Translations under genes and position numbers: made by a program
DNA from: the human T2T-CHM13v2.0 reference genome, Homo sapiens
Assembly: GCF_009914755.1 (NCBI RefSeq)
Contig: NC_060942.1
DNA: 64,000 nt
Reading direction: 5' to 3' (one strand)
The notes under the pieces: generated by a model
Seen by the model: only the letters and a program-made list of their open reading frames with translations
What the model was told of the DNA's origin: nothing
Database searches by the model: none
Shown: positions 50,640 to 63,250 of the stretch, piece by piece
Layout: each line of letters starts with the position of its first letter
Position numbering within the stretch: the first letter of the stretch is position 1

Positions 50640-53600
50640 GGACAGTGCAAATGGCACGCTGCAGCAACAGAGGCGACTTCGACCCCGCCCACGCCATCAG
50701 CAGCTCGGACCCTAGGGTCAGATACCACCACAGAGGCTAATTCCAGTGGTCGCCCCGCATCTCAGGAAGACGGGAACCTGCACTCAGCACCATCCCTGTG
50801 GCTGCACAGGGCCCAGGACCCGTAACCCGGCGCTCTGGGTGCTGGCCAAGAAAGAGCATAAAATAGGGTGGCATGTCGGTGAACTCGGTGACCCTCTGAC
50901 AACCTGGGAGCAGCCCCAACAGCCTCAGTTGTGGGCTCAGCTGCAACTGCCACCTGCCGATGGCGCACGGGAGCAGCAGTGGCAACCCTTGACCCTGTCC
51001 CCGCCACCAGCAGCGTGGACAGCAGGGACAGATAGCGCCGCGGCGCCTAAGACCTTAGGCCACGCAGCTACAGGAGGACGTGAAACTGGCGCTGACTGCC
51101 CGCCAGAAGCTATGCAATCCCCAGCGCAGGCGAGCCCGCAGTCTGGGCGCGGGCCAAAGATCAGACACTACGATGAAAGGACGGTGAACTTGGTGACCCT
51201 GAGTCTCGCAATGGGTTTAGCTTCAGCTGCCACCTGCAACCAACCCTGACCCTGCCCGCGTCACCAGCAGCAGTAACTCAGGGCCAGATGCCGCCTCAGC
51301 GGCTAATTCAGGTAATCGTCCTCCAGCTGCAGCAGGGCGGAAATCCGCTGCTCAGCCCCATCTCGGCGGCTGCACAGAGCCCAGCGCCCGCACAGAGCCC
51401 GGCGCCGGCACAACCCGCTCTGGGTAAGGGCAAAGGAAGAGCGGACCTAGGGTGGGAGGACCCTGCACTCCCTGACCCTCAGGCCGTCTGGGGCCAGCCT
51501 TGCCAGCCTCGGTCTAAAGCTCCGCTGCAGCTGCTACCTGCTCATGGCGCACAGCCGCTGCAAACCCGGACTCCGCCCGCCGACACCAGCGGCCTCGAGA
51601 CCCTAGAGCCAGACTCCACCTAGTGGCCAAAATCAGGCAGTCGGCCCACAACTGTAGAAGAGCGGGAACTTGCCCTTCAGCGGATTCCTGGAGGCTGCAC
51701 AGTGCCCAGCGCCAGCCACCGGGTGATCTGGGCGCGGGCAAATGACCCTCAGGCCGTCTGGGACCGGACCAGCCCTGCAGCGTCAGCGGTGGGCTCAGGG
51801 GCGGCTGCCACGTGCACACGGTGAACTATAGCAGCTGTGGCAGCCCCCAACCCTGTGCAAGCCACCGGCAGTGCGGACCGCATGATCAAAAGCCGCCGTG
51901 GCGCCTAACTCAGGCTGCCGGCCCCCCAGCAGCCAGAGGGCGGAAACTTGCAGCTTAGCCCCATCTCCCAGCGCCTGCACTATGCTCAGCGCCTGCAATC
52001 CCACTCTCTGGGCGCGGGCAAGGAAGACTGGACCTTAGGGTTGGAGGGCGATGCATTCGGGGACCCTCAAGGCTTCTGGAATAAGCCCTTCCAGCCTCCG
52101 ACGCGGGCTTAGCTGCAGCTGCCAGCTGCACACTCCTGGAAGCAGCAGCGGTGGCAGCTCTGGTCTCTGCCAGCTCCAGCAGCAGCGCGGACTGCAGAGC
52201 CAGAGGTCACTGCAGCGCCTGTTAGGAGGTTGGCCTCTCAGCTGCAGGAGGGCGGGAATCTGCGCCCAACCAGATCCTCATGGCTGCACAGTGTCCAACG
52301 CCCACGACCTTGCAATCTGGGCGCCGGCCTAGGAATAACGGACCCTGGGGTGGAAGGGCGGTGCACTCAGCCACCTTTAGGCAGCCTCAGACCAGCCCTG
52401 ACAGCATCTGCCTTGGGCTCAGCTGCAGCTGGCACCTGCGCATGGCGCACGGCAGTAGTAGTGGCAGTCCTGACCCTGCCCGCAGACACCAGCAGCAAAG
52501 ACCCCAGGGCCAGATGCCTCCAAGGCATCTAAGTCAGGTGGTCCGTCCCATAGCTACAGGAGGGCGGGAATCGGCTGCTCAGCCCCATAGCAGCTGTGGC
52601 AGCCCCCATCTCTGTCTATGCCACCAGTAGCACATACCCCAGGGCCAGATACTGCGGTGGCGCCTAATTCAGACTGTAGCTGCAGCAGGGCAGGAATCTG
52701 CCGCTCAGCCCCATCCTGGAGGCTGCTCAGAGTCTAGCGCTCGTACACCGCGTCCTGGGAGCAGGTTAAGGAAGAGCAGACCCTAGGGTGGTAGGGCGAC
52801 GCACCCAGACACCCTCAGGGTGTCTGGGACCAGCACTGCCAGTCTCTGCCACGCGCTCAGCTGCAGCTACCACCGCCAGGTGGCTCCCTGCAGCAGCGGT
52901 GGAACCCCCGCTGACCTTGCCCGCCGCCAACAGCAGTGAGGATTCCACGGCTGGATCCCTTGCCAGGGCGGGAAGCTGCCGCTCAGCCTATTCTGGGCAG
53001 CTGCACAGGGCCCAGCTCCTGAAACCCCGAGCTCTGAGCTCGGGCCAAGGAAGAGTAGACCCTAGGCTGGGAGGGCGGTGCACTCGGCGATCCTCACGCT
53101 TTCTAGGACCAACCCTGCCGGCGTCTACTGAGAACTCAGCTACAGCTGCCACCTGTACAAGGGCGCCGCAGCAGCAGAGCAACCGGGCACTTTGCCTGCA
53201 CCACCAAGAGCCAGGACACTGGGGACAACGCCGCCTCAGCGCCTAATTCAGGCAGTCAGCCCCGCAGCTGCAGCAGGGCAGAAACCTATGCCCTCGGCGC
53301 AGTCCCCTTGGCTGCACAGTTCCCAGTGCCCGCGTCCCAGAACTCTGGGTGCAGGCAAAGGAAGAGCGGACCCTAGGCTAGGATAGTGGTCCACTCCATG
53401 ACCCTGAGGCTGTCTGGGAAACGCCTTGCCAGGTGATGGGCTCAGCTGCAGCAGCCACCTGCACATGGCGCGGGCAGCAGCCTTGGAGGCAACCCCAGAC
53501 CGTGCTCCTACACCAGCCAGGCGGATCCCAGGGCCAGACGCCGCCCAGAGGCTAATTCAGGTGGTCAGGCCCCAGCTGCAGGAGGGCGGGAACCGGCCGC

Positions 53601-53790
53601 TCAGCCATTTCCTGGCTGCTGCCCTGTACCCAGTACCTGCACACCCCGCTCTGGGCTCCGGCAAGAAAGAACTGACTCTAGGGTGAAAGGGCCGTGCACT
53701 CAGAGATCCCTAAGCTGTCTGGGACCAGCCCTGCCTGCCTCTGATGTAGGTTCAGCTGCAGTGGTAACCTGCACAAGGCGCGCAGCCCAG
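50640..53790. repeat. Diverged GC/CpG-rich tandem repeat, ~300-bp unit, ~11 copies
   Basis: Motif 'gggctcagctgcagctgccacctgca' recurs at ~50933, 51213, 51517, 51790, 52105, 52415, 52853, 53133, 53438 and 53749. 'ctaattcagg', 'gctcagccccat' and 'ggaagagcggaccctaggg' recur in register. Confidence 0.9.
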
Positions 53791-53837
53791 AGCCAGGGCC
53801 CAGTCTTCTAGCGCAGGTTGTGGAGGGGCCAGGGGCC

Positions 53838-54111
53838 ACCCAGGCTGGAGGGCAGTGTCATGATCACAGCTCACTGAAGCCTCAATCTCCCAGATTCAAG
53901 TTATGCTGTCACCTCAACCTCCTGATTAGCTGGTAGCTGGGACAACAGCCAGGTGCCATCATGCCTGGCTATTATATTTTATATATATTTTGGAGAGACA
54001 GGGTCTCACCACGTTGCCCAGGCAGGTCTTGAACGCCTGGAGTTCAAGCGATCCTCCCAACTTGACCTTCCTCAGCGGTGGGATTATATGTGTGAGCCAC
54101 TGTGCCCTACC
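53838..54111 (-). mobile_element. Alu (J-like) lacking its tail
   Basis: Starts at 'acccaggctggagggcagtg' directly after the GC-rich array. Confidence 0.85.
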
Positions 54112-54117
54112 TGCCGC

Positions 54118-54292
54118 TTTTCTTATAAGGATACTTGTCATTGGATTTAGGGCCCATCCTAATCCAAGATGAGATGCCCTCATCTCAAGGTGCTGGATTT
54201 AATTACATCTGCAGATTGTTTTCCAAATAAAGGCACATTCACATGTTCCAGGTAGACATATCTTTTGATAGACCACCATGCAATCCACTCTA
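54118..54292 (-). mobile_element. MLT1 LTR fragment
   Basis: 'cttataaggatacttgtcattggatttagggcccatcctaatccaagatga..ctcatctcaag...taattacatctgca'. Confidence 0.75.
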
Positions 54293-54744
54293 GGAGTATT
54301 AAAGTGCCAGTATGGACTGAGGCACCAAAGAATCACATTATGATGTCATATAACTTGTCTTATTTGTAGTGACCCATGGGCTTGGAAACAGAACCATTTG
54401 CAGCTGTCAGGGAAGTGCACAGTGCCTGACCTTTCCCGCAGCTTCCTCCCCACTGGCCTTCCATGAGAGGATCACCCCTTGGAGTGTCCAGAGATTCCTG
54501 TTAAATGCTAAAGACCACAGGAGAATTTGTGAGGGGGAAGATGTTTGGGGAGCAACTTAGTTGTCCTGAGGTGCCCATCACCCTTCACCATTTCAGCAAT
54601 ATGGATCTTCCAAGGATCTGGGAATGGGAACCAGGCATAAGACAGATACATGTAGATGAGAAGAGGCCAGAGTCTTCTCTGTGTAGGCACCATCCAGCCC
54701 AAGATGAGCATTGCTCCAGAAACACATGCACTCATAATGCTAAA

Positions 54745-54950
54745 CCCAATCTATTGAGGACTTAATACAAACTGCAATTTTTTTTAAGCATTTAATTCTT
54801 ACCACTGTCCTTTGTCATCTTATTATCTCCATTTTACAGATAAAGAAACAGGCACAGAGGGTTTAAGTAACATGTAGGAGGTCACACAATCACAACTAGT
54901 AAAACCAGGATTAAAGTCCAGTCAGTCTGCATTCAAAGCCTGTGCTCCTG
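54745..54950. mobile_element. MIR
   Basis: Core 'ccattttacagataaagaaacaggcacagagggtttaagtaac...aggtcacaca'. Confidence 0.75.
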
Positions 54951-55044
54951 CCCCAAAATGACAAGTAATGACTTAAAGGCAAGAAAAACAGACCCTCCTC
55001 TACCCACCATCCTCATACACAGCGTTCCAGCCCAGGATCTGAGC

Positions 55045-55107
55045 CATTCATTCATTTGCTCTCATATTCATTCATTCATTCATTCATTCATTCATTCATT
55101 TCTTCAT
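55045..55107. repeat. (CATT)n microsatellite, probable L2 tail
   Basis: Directly visible repeat. Confidence 0.8.
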
Positions 55108-56217
55108 CACCCATTTAGTGAAGCTCTGTCATGGAATGTCCACACAGAAGTTACAAAGATGAGGCAGGTGTATTTTCTCCCATCTGAAGGGGGATGACGA
55201 CGTGAAGAGAACTGATGGGCTGTGTGTCCCATGGCCTTACAGGGCAGTGGTGGAGGATGGCCCAGGTCATCCACTCTCTGGGGAGGCAGAACCAGAAGCA
55301 CCAGTTGGACAACTGCTAAAGAGATGTTTATGCAGCCTCATATGTTAAGTCCTATATTTTGAAAATTTTTTTAATTTTTTATTTAAGATCTTAGATGCTT
55401 ACCACTGAGTACCAGAGGGATGTAGCCTGATGCCCTTATCAACAAAGTCAGGGATGGTGGCACACAAGGTTTGACTACTGCATACACGGTCACAGTGCTA
55501 CCTCCAGATGGCCTGAATTCCCCTGCCCTCTCTGGTGGGGAGAAGGGCTGGCAAAGCCATTAGCATGGGCTTCAGCCAATCCTGGCCACTTTGATGCTCC
55601 TGGTGCTGACCCAGGGTCCTGGAGGATGGGCTGAGGTGGGGGGGTAGAGATGTTCAGGGCAGCAGCAGCTCCTTTCCATCCACACTGGAACTATTTCAGT
55701 ATTTCACCACCAATTCATCTATTCCCTTGTGCGCTGACTGAACATCAGCCCTGCTCCAGGTCTCAGTTTCCCCTTTGTAAAGGGAAAGCTCTGGATTCAG
55801 GGGTGGTGAGAGGTCATCATGGTCTTGAGATTTCAGGCCTGTAGGCAGGGGGTGAGAGGTTCACTAGGAGTGCAGAAGACCAAGGCTGGGGAGAGGCAGA
55901 GGAGAGAGTGGCCTCCCTTCGACCCAGGTGGGAGGTTCACAGAGACACCGTTCCTTCTTCTCCAAGGCAGGACTTGTTAACAGTGAGCTTCAGGCAGTCT
56001 GGCACTTGGGACTAACTAGGATGTCACCCTCCCTGCAGCCTCCACTCCATAGACAACATGAGAGGAGTGTGTAAGTATAACTAGGAACAGGCTAGTGTCC
56101 TGATATTCTCTGTGATGGAAGGGACAGCCCTCCTCAGAGACCCGGGGGAGCCCAGAACCATGGACAGCCTGAACACAATTTACTTTCTCAGCAGTGACAA
56201 CCAGAACCCTGGCCTAC

Positions 56218-56823
56218 TAAAGCAGAAATTAGGAGGAGAAAAACCTAAATTCCTGCCTGTACCAGGCTGACTCACTCCAAGGTCCTGCTAGGACTAAGCT
56301 AACTTTATATACAAGGCCAAGCAGAGCCCAGAAGGAATGGACTCCAGGAACGGGGATTAGAAGAACAAGTTCTTCTTATCAGCTTCCCCCTTTGAGATTC
56401 TTTCCTAGGCCAATATGTCTTTGCTCTGCTCTCATAATTATTTTTGTAACTATTTCTGTAAGTTTGTAAGGATTTTGAAAGTTCCAGTTTTCCATCTGTG
56501 CAACACCGAGAAGGTCACAAGACATGTCTGAGCCAGCCTAAAATAGTGACCATCTGCTGAGAGCCTGCTGGGTGGCCCAGCAGAGGTCACCAGGCAGGTT
56601 TGAGTCATACACTTGTCACTGTTTGATTAACTGCCTTTGTTCTGCTTCTATAAGCTTGCTAAGTCCGCCCTGTGAGTTTCACGCAGCTGCATGCTTAAAA
56701 ACCAGGCCCCATCTTTGTTTGGGGCTCAGCCTTTTGGATGCGAATCCACTAGGCCAGCGGCCACTTTAATAAAATCCTCCTGTCTCATCTATTGGTCTCT
56801 CCAGTCTCTCGAATCCCACAACA
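56218..56823 (+). mobile_element. Solo ERV1 LTR (HERV3/LTR4-related group)
   Basis: Ends 'aataaaatcctcctgtctc...attggtctctccagtctctcgaatcccacaaCA'. 4-bp TSD CTAC at 56214-56217 and 56824-56827. Subfamily uncertain. Confidence 0.7.
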
Positions 56824-56865
56824 CTACAATGGCTCCAAGACAGCATGTGGGATCTAAGTAATAAC

Positions 56866-57175
56866 TTTTTTGTTTGTTTGTTTTTATTTTTGTACAAGAC
56901 TGGGTCTAGCTTTTTCACCCAGGTTGGAGTGGACTGGTGCAATCACAGTTCACTGCAGCCACCTCCTGGTCTCAAGACACCCTCCCACTTCAGCCTCCCA
57001 AGTAACTTAGGACTACAGTTGTATACTACTATGGTTGGCTAATTTTTGTATTTTTTGCAGAGGCAAAGTCTCACTATATTGCTCAGGTTGGTTTCAAATT
57101 CTTGAGCTCAAGAGATTTACTAGTCTCAGCCTTCTAAAGTGCTAGGATTACAGGCATGAGACACCATGCCTGGCC
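56866..57175 (-). mobile_element. Alu (J-like)
   Basis: Diverged dimer. Confidence 0.9.
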
Positions 57176-57779
57176 AGTAGTTTTGTTTTATTATATTAAG
57201 GTGAGGTTTCTACCACATTCTTCTGGTTACAGAAGTAATACATGCTCATTGTATACACTGAAAAATGTAAACAGTATAAAGAAGAAAATAAAAAAGAATA
57301 TGAAAATCACTAGTGGTCCCATTGCCTACCGTAACATTATGTGCTGCTTCCTAATCTTTACTTCCTCTCCCTCCATGTGTGTCTTTGTGTGTGTGTGTCT
57401 GTCTGTCTGTGTGGTTTTTTGTTTGTTTTTTTGGCACATAGTACAATAGCTGACATTTATATCTCCCCGACCAGTGTTGAGCATGGTGTTAAGCAATTGA
57501 CAAAGTGTATTGTATTTAACTCCTACAGAAAACCTAAAAAGGGAAGGGCAGTATAATTAATAGAATTTTCCAGATGAAAAGACTGGGGCCTGAGTTGAGG
57601 TCACATTTTATATATGGCATTATATTGTACTTCAGACACGTAATATAGTAAGTGTCCTGGAGAATCTTGGTCTATTAGTCTGTATAATAACATAAGCATC
57701 TTTTGTGGGATTAATAGTTTTTCCAAAGCATGCCTGGGATGTTTGCATTATATTCTAGTGTTTAAATATGTTGTTTATT

Positions 57780-58159
<380 letters not shown>

Positions 58160-59199
58160 TCAGCAGAAACCTTCATAGGCTAGCTTCCTAGAAGTAGAGG
58201 TATTAGGTCCAAGGTTTTGAATTGTTTTAAAGCTATTGATTTATCTGGATAAAATTGCTTCCAGAGATATTGTCCCATTTTGCATTCCAATCAGTGGATC
58301 TCACCTTCAGTATTTTGTGCAATTAAAAAAAATAATGTTTCTCCTTTTAAAGATTATATTTAAAATAGCTTTTAAATATGAAAAATTTGTATCTACAAAT
58401 AAGAGATAGTGACAAAAAATAAATAATAAAATAAACACAAGAGCAGAAAGTAGATTGAAACATTAAAATTCAAATCACAGACCTCTGTTATGGAGAAGAC
58501 AGCTGCAATAGCTTTTCTGTTCTTTTATCTACATTGGTAGAGTCTTCTTTTAATTAATTTTTACCCCAACTTAAGTGCTGGCTGGGTTGGCAATTTGTTG
58601 CTGGGATGGAAAGAAGAAATGTGCACCTTGTCTTTTGCAGGTTATGAGAGCCTTGTCTGTCCTTGTGGTTGTGTGGGTGTCTGCTAGATTATTGTGAATA
58701 CTGAGCTTTGAAAATAACCTAACAGTCAATCAATTGCTGAGCTTCTATTACCAGTAGTGGGACACAATGTACATCATGTAGAGAGGCAGACTTGTCACTG
58801 ACAAGGGGGCTGACCCCTGGAAAACCAGCACAGAGCCAGCTCTTCTGTGTGAATCCACTCTCTCCAGAATATACCATAAGTCATGGAAAGAAATAAGAGT
58901 CTCAGGAAATGAGACTCTTACCACGATGAGAGGTGAACCTTGAAAAGCTATTTTAGCAATTAGGAAGAGAAGTCCCCTTTTGCATCCCAAATCAAGTAGA
59001 GGCCTGCTAGTCCAAACAATTTCTGAATAACCTGAGTCACCTGGGCCCTGAGGAATCCTGGCCTCTTAGTCCACATTTGCAGAAATATCAGGAGGTCAAT
59101 CAGGAAGCTGGTTAGGCAGCTCAACACAGAGTCAGAAAGCTCCTAGGTATGCAAATAAATGTGCACACTGGAAATTGAGTTCTGTAATTTTTCCATGAC

Positions 59200-59393
59200 C
59201 TAGAAAACTATGATGATGAAAATGTTCTACATTCATGCTGCCTAGTTCAGTAGCCACTAGCCACATGTGGCTATTGAGTAATTGAGATGTGGCTAGTACA
59301 ACTGACCAGCTAATGTTAAATTTTGTTTTATTTGAATTAATTTTAATTTTAATAGTCACCTGTGGCTATTGGCTACTGCACTGGATGGCACGG
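59200..59393. mobile_element. MER3-like DNA transposon
   Basis: 'gatgaaaatgttcta...gtagccactagccacatgtggctattgag..attgagatgtggctagt...ttttaattttaatagtcacctgtggcta'. Confidence 0.8.
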
Positions 59394-60147
59394 AGATAAG
59401 AAATAATAGAAACCTTTTTTGTTGTTGTTTCAATGGCTAACATTGTCAAAAGCTGAATTCCTGTTTTATGTAAAAATTTGGTTTATATTTTCTCAAAGAA
59501 GTGAAGTACAAAAAACAAAACAAAACAAAAGGATGATCAAGCAGAACTTTGGTAAGGAAGGGTGAAGCAGAGACACTTAACTCAGAGTGGGGACAACAGC
59601 AATGACCTTGTTTGAAATGCAGCTCCTGTCTGTGTGGCTCTCTGTGCTCTGTTGGGGTGTCAGTTCTTTACTTCTTAGTTAAAGCAGTTATTTCGGTGGT
59701 GCAATGCTTTTTTGTTCAATAAGCATGATTTTTTACACAGCTGGTTTATCTCCAGTGTGGAAACTCTCTGCTTAATCATCTTGATTTCTCTGGGGTTGTT
59801 CCTACTCTGCAGATGTAGGCATGACACTTGTATCTCTCTCTCCAGGCTCTGATCTAGGATGACAGTTTCTATGATGTGCCCACCTACAGAAATATGCAAA
59901 TTGCAACTTTAGGAAGATTGAAAGAGGGCCCTGCAAAAGGCATCTACAGGCTCCATGTGCTGTTCGCCTTTCTTATTTATTGGTGAAGTGAGTCCTCATC
60001 CATTTATTGGGCAGTTGCAAGCAAAGGAATTAACTGACTATGACAATTCACCTTGATGTACAACAATTTAGTCTGTTTGGAGTTTCCACTCTTGGAAAAA
60101 ACCTAGTTATCCTAATTAAGAATAGTTATAGATAGTATAGTGATAGC

Positions 60148-60469
60148 TTTTTTTTTTTTTGAGACAGGGTCTTGCTTTGTCACTCAGATTGGAGTGGAGT
60201 AGCATGATCATGGCTCACTGCAGCCTCAACCTCCCTGGGCTCAGTGATTCTCCCACCTTAGTCTCCTGAGTAACTGGGAATACAAGCACATGCCACCATG
60301 CCTGAATATTTTTTCTATTTTGTTTTCTTTTATTTGTTTTGTTTTGTTTTGTAGAGATGGGGTTTTGCCATGTCATCTAGGCTGGTATTGAACTTCTGGA
60401 CTCAAGTGATCCTCTCTCCTCAGCCTCCCAAAGTACTGGGATTACAGGTGTGAACCAGCATGCCATGCC
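60148..60469 (-). mobile_element. Alu (J-like)
   Basis: Dimer. TSD 'tatagtgata'. Confidence 0.92.
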
Positions 60470-60793
60470 TATAGTGATACCTTTAAGTAATCCTCTCTTT
60501 TCTTCTTTTGAGCAATTTTTCAAAGCAACAGGCACTTTATTAAATAAGAAAGTTGATGTGCTTTCCTAATGCCTGCTAATAAAGTAAAGAACCAAGGAAC
60601 CTCTGTGATTTCAATGAAATCCCTCCAGATATTATAGGCTACTTGTTACTGACAGGTGTGGTAGGAACTGTAGGTCAAGCTGTGATAGGCAAATAGATCT
60701 TGCTGAAGAGGAAGAATGATTGGCTAAGATAATGCCCCAGGACAGCTGGCATACCTTTAGACACAGCTAAATTGAATGCTTTCTGAGGAGGAG

Positions 60794-61182
60794 TGTATTA
60801 GTCTGCCTCACATGCTATAAAGACATGCCTGACAATGGGTAATTGAAAAACAAAAGAGATTGAATTGGCTCACAGTTCTGTGGGCTGTACAGACTTATGC
60901 TTATAGGGAGACCTCAGGAAACTTACAATCATGGCAGAAGGTGAAAAGGAAGCAAGCACATATTCACATGGCTGAAACGAGTCAGGGAAGGTGCTACACA
61001 CTTTTTAAACAAGCAGATCTCAGGAGAACTTTATCATCAGACAGCACTAGGGGGATGAGGCTAAACCATTAGAAACCACCTCCATGATGCAAACACCTTC
61101 CACTAAGCCTCTCCTCCAACACTGGCAATTACAATTCCACATGAGATTGGGGATGGGGGGTGCACAAATCCAAACCATATCA
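60794..61182 (-). mobile_element. MaLR LTR (MSTA/MSTB-like)
   Basis: 'tgtattagtctg..tcacatgctataaagac...ctcaggaaacttacaatcatggcagaaggtgaa...atccaaaccatatca'. Confidence 0.9.
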
Positions 61183-61882
61183 AGAAGCATTTTAAAAATT
61201 GAGGGAAGTTCTAATCAGATGGCAAGTCAGGACAGGGCATTCCATCAACATAACACTCCTCTCAATACATGTCAGAATGAGAGAAAGGAAAAAGTGCAAG
61301 GATGAAGAGGGGACACAGCAAAATGACAAGATGACTAACAAGATGACCCCTGTGGAAAGCATTTACTGATTCAACAACCAAATAATGAAGAAAATAAGAG
61401 CAAACTTGCGGAGTTTCTATGCTCTTTATGTTTATTAGGGAAGGGCAAAAGCCAGTCCCTCGACATTGTTACTGTTAATTAACATCATCACTGCCTGCTC
61501 TTAAGTGTCTAGATACTTTCAAGAATCTAGTATTATCTTCACTTAAATGTTTCTTGGATGTGCCCTGTCATGCATGTGATATTGCAAAAAGATTCTACAT
61601 TAACCACAGCAAGATGGCTATGTAATAACTGGGATCACTTTAGGGGAGCATATTTCTACCACATTTTGAGATGGAAAATGAAGTAAAGATATCCATTTGT
61701 CAATTTCTTCTACATTATGCCAAACATTCAAAGAGATTATTTTATTTATTTCAAAGATGCATACATGTTGAATTAAAATTTAAATTAAGAAAATTTATAA
61801 ACTGAGTCAAAAGAAAAGTAAGCGAGGCAGTTCTGCATGCCCTGGAAGTGTCAGGCATATATGACTAAAGTATTCGGCATTT

Positions 61883-62162
61883 GGCCAGGTGTGGTAGCTC
61901 ATGCTGTCATTCCAGGATGTTGAGAGGCTGAGGCAGGTGGATTGCTTGAGCTCAGAACTTTGAGACCAAGCAAGGCAACGTGGTGGAACCCCATCTCTAT
62001 GAAAAATATGAAAATTATCCAAGCATGGTGGTGCCTGCCTTTTCGTACCAGCTACTGGAAAGGCTAAGGTGAGAGGATCATTTGAATCCAGGAGGTCAAG
62101 GCTGCAGTAAGCTCTGGTTGCACCACTGCACTCCAACCTGGGTGAAAGAGGGAGACCCTCTG
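61883..62162 (+). mobile_element. Alu (J-like) without A-tail
   Basis: Dimer ending 'gagaccctc' with no poly-A. Confidence 0.9.
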
Positions 62163-63019
62163 CCGAGGACTCTTGGGCTATGACTATACCCATAGGGATT
62201 GCCCTCAGTAACCTCACATTTGAGTGGAAGTGGAGATCATATGTACCTATACCAATATGTAGTGAAAAAGGAAAACATAAGAAATCATGGCAGAAATGGC
62301 ACAAAGTATAAAAGAGGCTTGGTATAATTGAGAGACGCTTTCTGGTGATAAAATTTGAACTGATTTCTGGAGAATGGGTTGAATTCCAATAGAGGGAGAT
62401 GGACCAAAGTTAATTCTGATGAGGGAAAAGTCTTGAGCAAAATCTAGAAAAGGGAAACATGCCCATTTTAAGTGTTAATGAGGGTCCAGTTGGGGTACAG
62501 TGCAGGAAGAGAGTTCTAGTGAAAAGGTAGTTGGTCGGATAGGTCAGGGTCTTGCAGGCAGAGGCAGATACTATCATTATTCCATTTTTCAGATTGGAAA
62601 ACAGACACAGAGAGCCCAAGGTCACAAAGCCAGAAAATGAATCTGGGCAGTCTAGCAGTAGCACCCTCTTCTTAAATGATCTACTAAAGGGCCTCTTCTC
62701 CAGGCACTCTAAAACTCTTCTCCATCTTTAGCTTCCCCAGAGTACAGTGAGGCCCCCTGTCTACCTCACAGGATGGGGTCTCAGAAAAGCAACAGATCCC
62801 AAATCATACTAGCTTTTAAATAAAAAAAAATGTAACCCTGCAAAACAAGAAGTGCAGAGGTTGGGAGAGAGCCAGCACTGGTTAATTCAGCAGCTCAACA
62901 ATAAATCCAAGACCTGGGTACTGGTTCACCTCTCCACACCACCATCCTCATGGGCCAGCTTCTACCTTCTCCTGAATGCTGTGTCCTTGCCTAGTTTTCT
63001 CCCTGATTGTAGCTCAAGT

Positions 63020-63250
63020 GCTACTTCCTGGGGGCAACCTTTCCTGTCTCCCTCTTGGGGTAAGTCTGCCTTCCCAGGCTCTTGCAGCACCCCTGGGTCT
63101 GCTGAACTTTCCCTTATTACATAATTCTATGACTAATGTCAGCTTTTTCTGTTAGACTCTCAGCTCCACTAGAGAAGAAATTCTGTGCATTTTTGCTCAC
63201 CATTGAACCCTGGAGTCTACTACTCAAATATTTGTCAAATGAGTAAATGG
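63020..63250 (+). mobile_element. L2 3' fragment
   Basis: 'ttagactctcagctccactagaga...ttttgctcaccattg...tactcaaatatttgtcaaatga'. Confidence 0.55.

Noticed and set aside
50586-53686. ORFs within the 300-bp array
   Set aside because: No consistent frame between units and no recognisable protein family.
55100-55900. Possible CYP4F or other pseudogene exons, as often found in pericentromeric duplications
   Set aside because: Translations show no P450 or other recognisable motifs.
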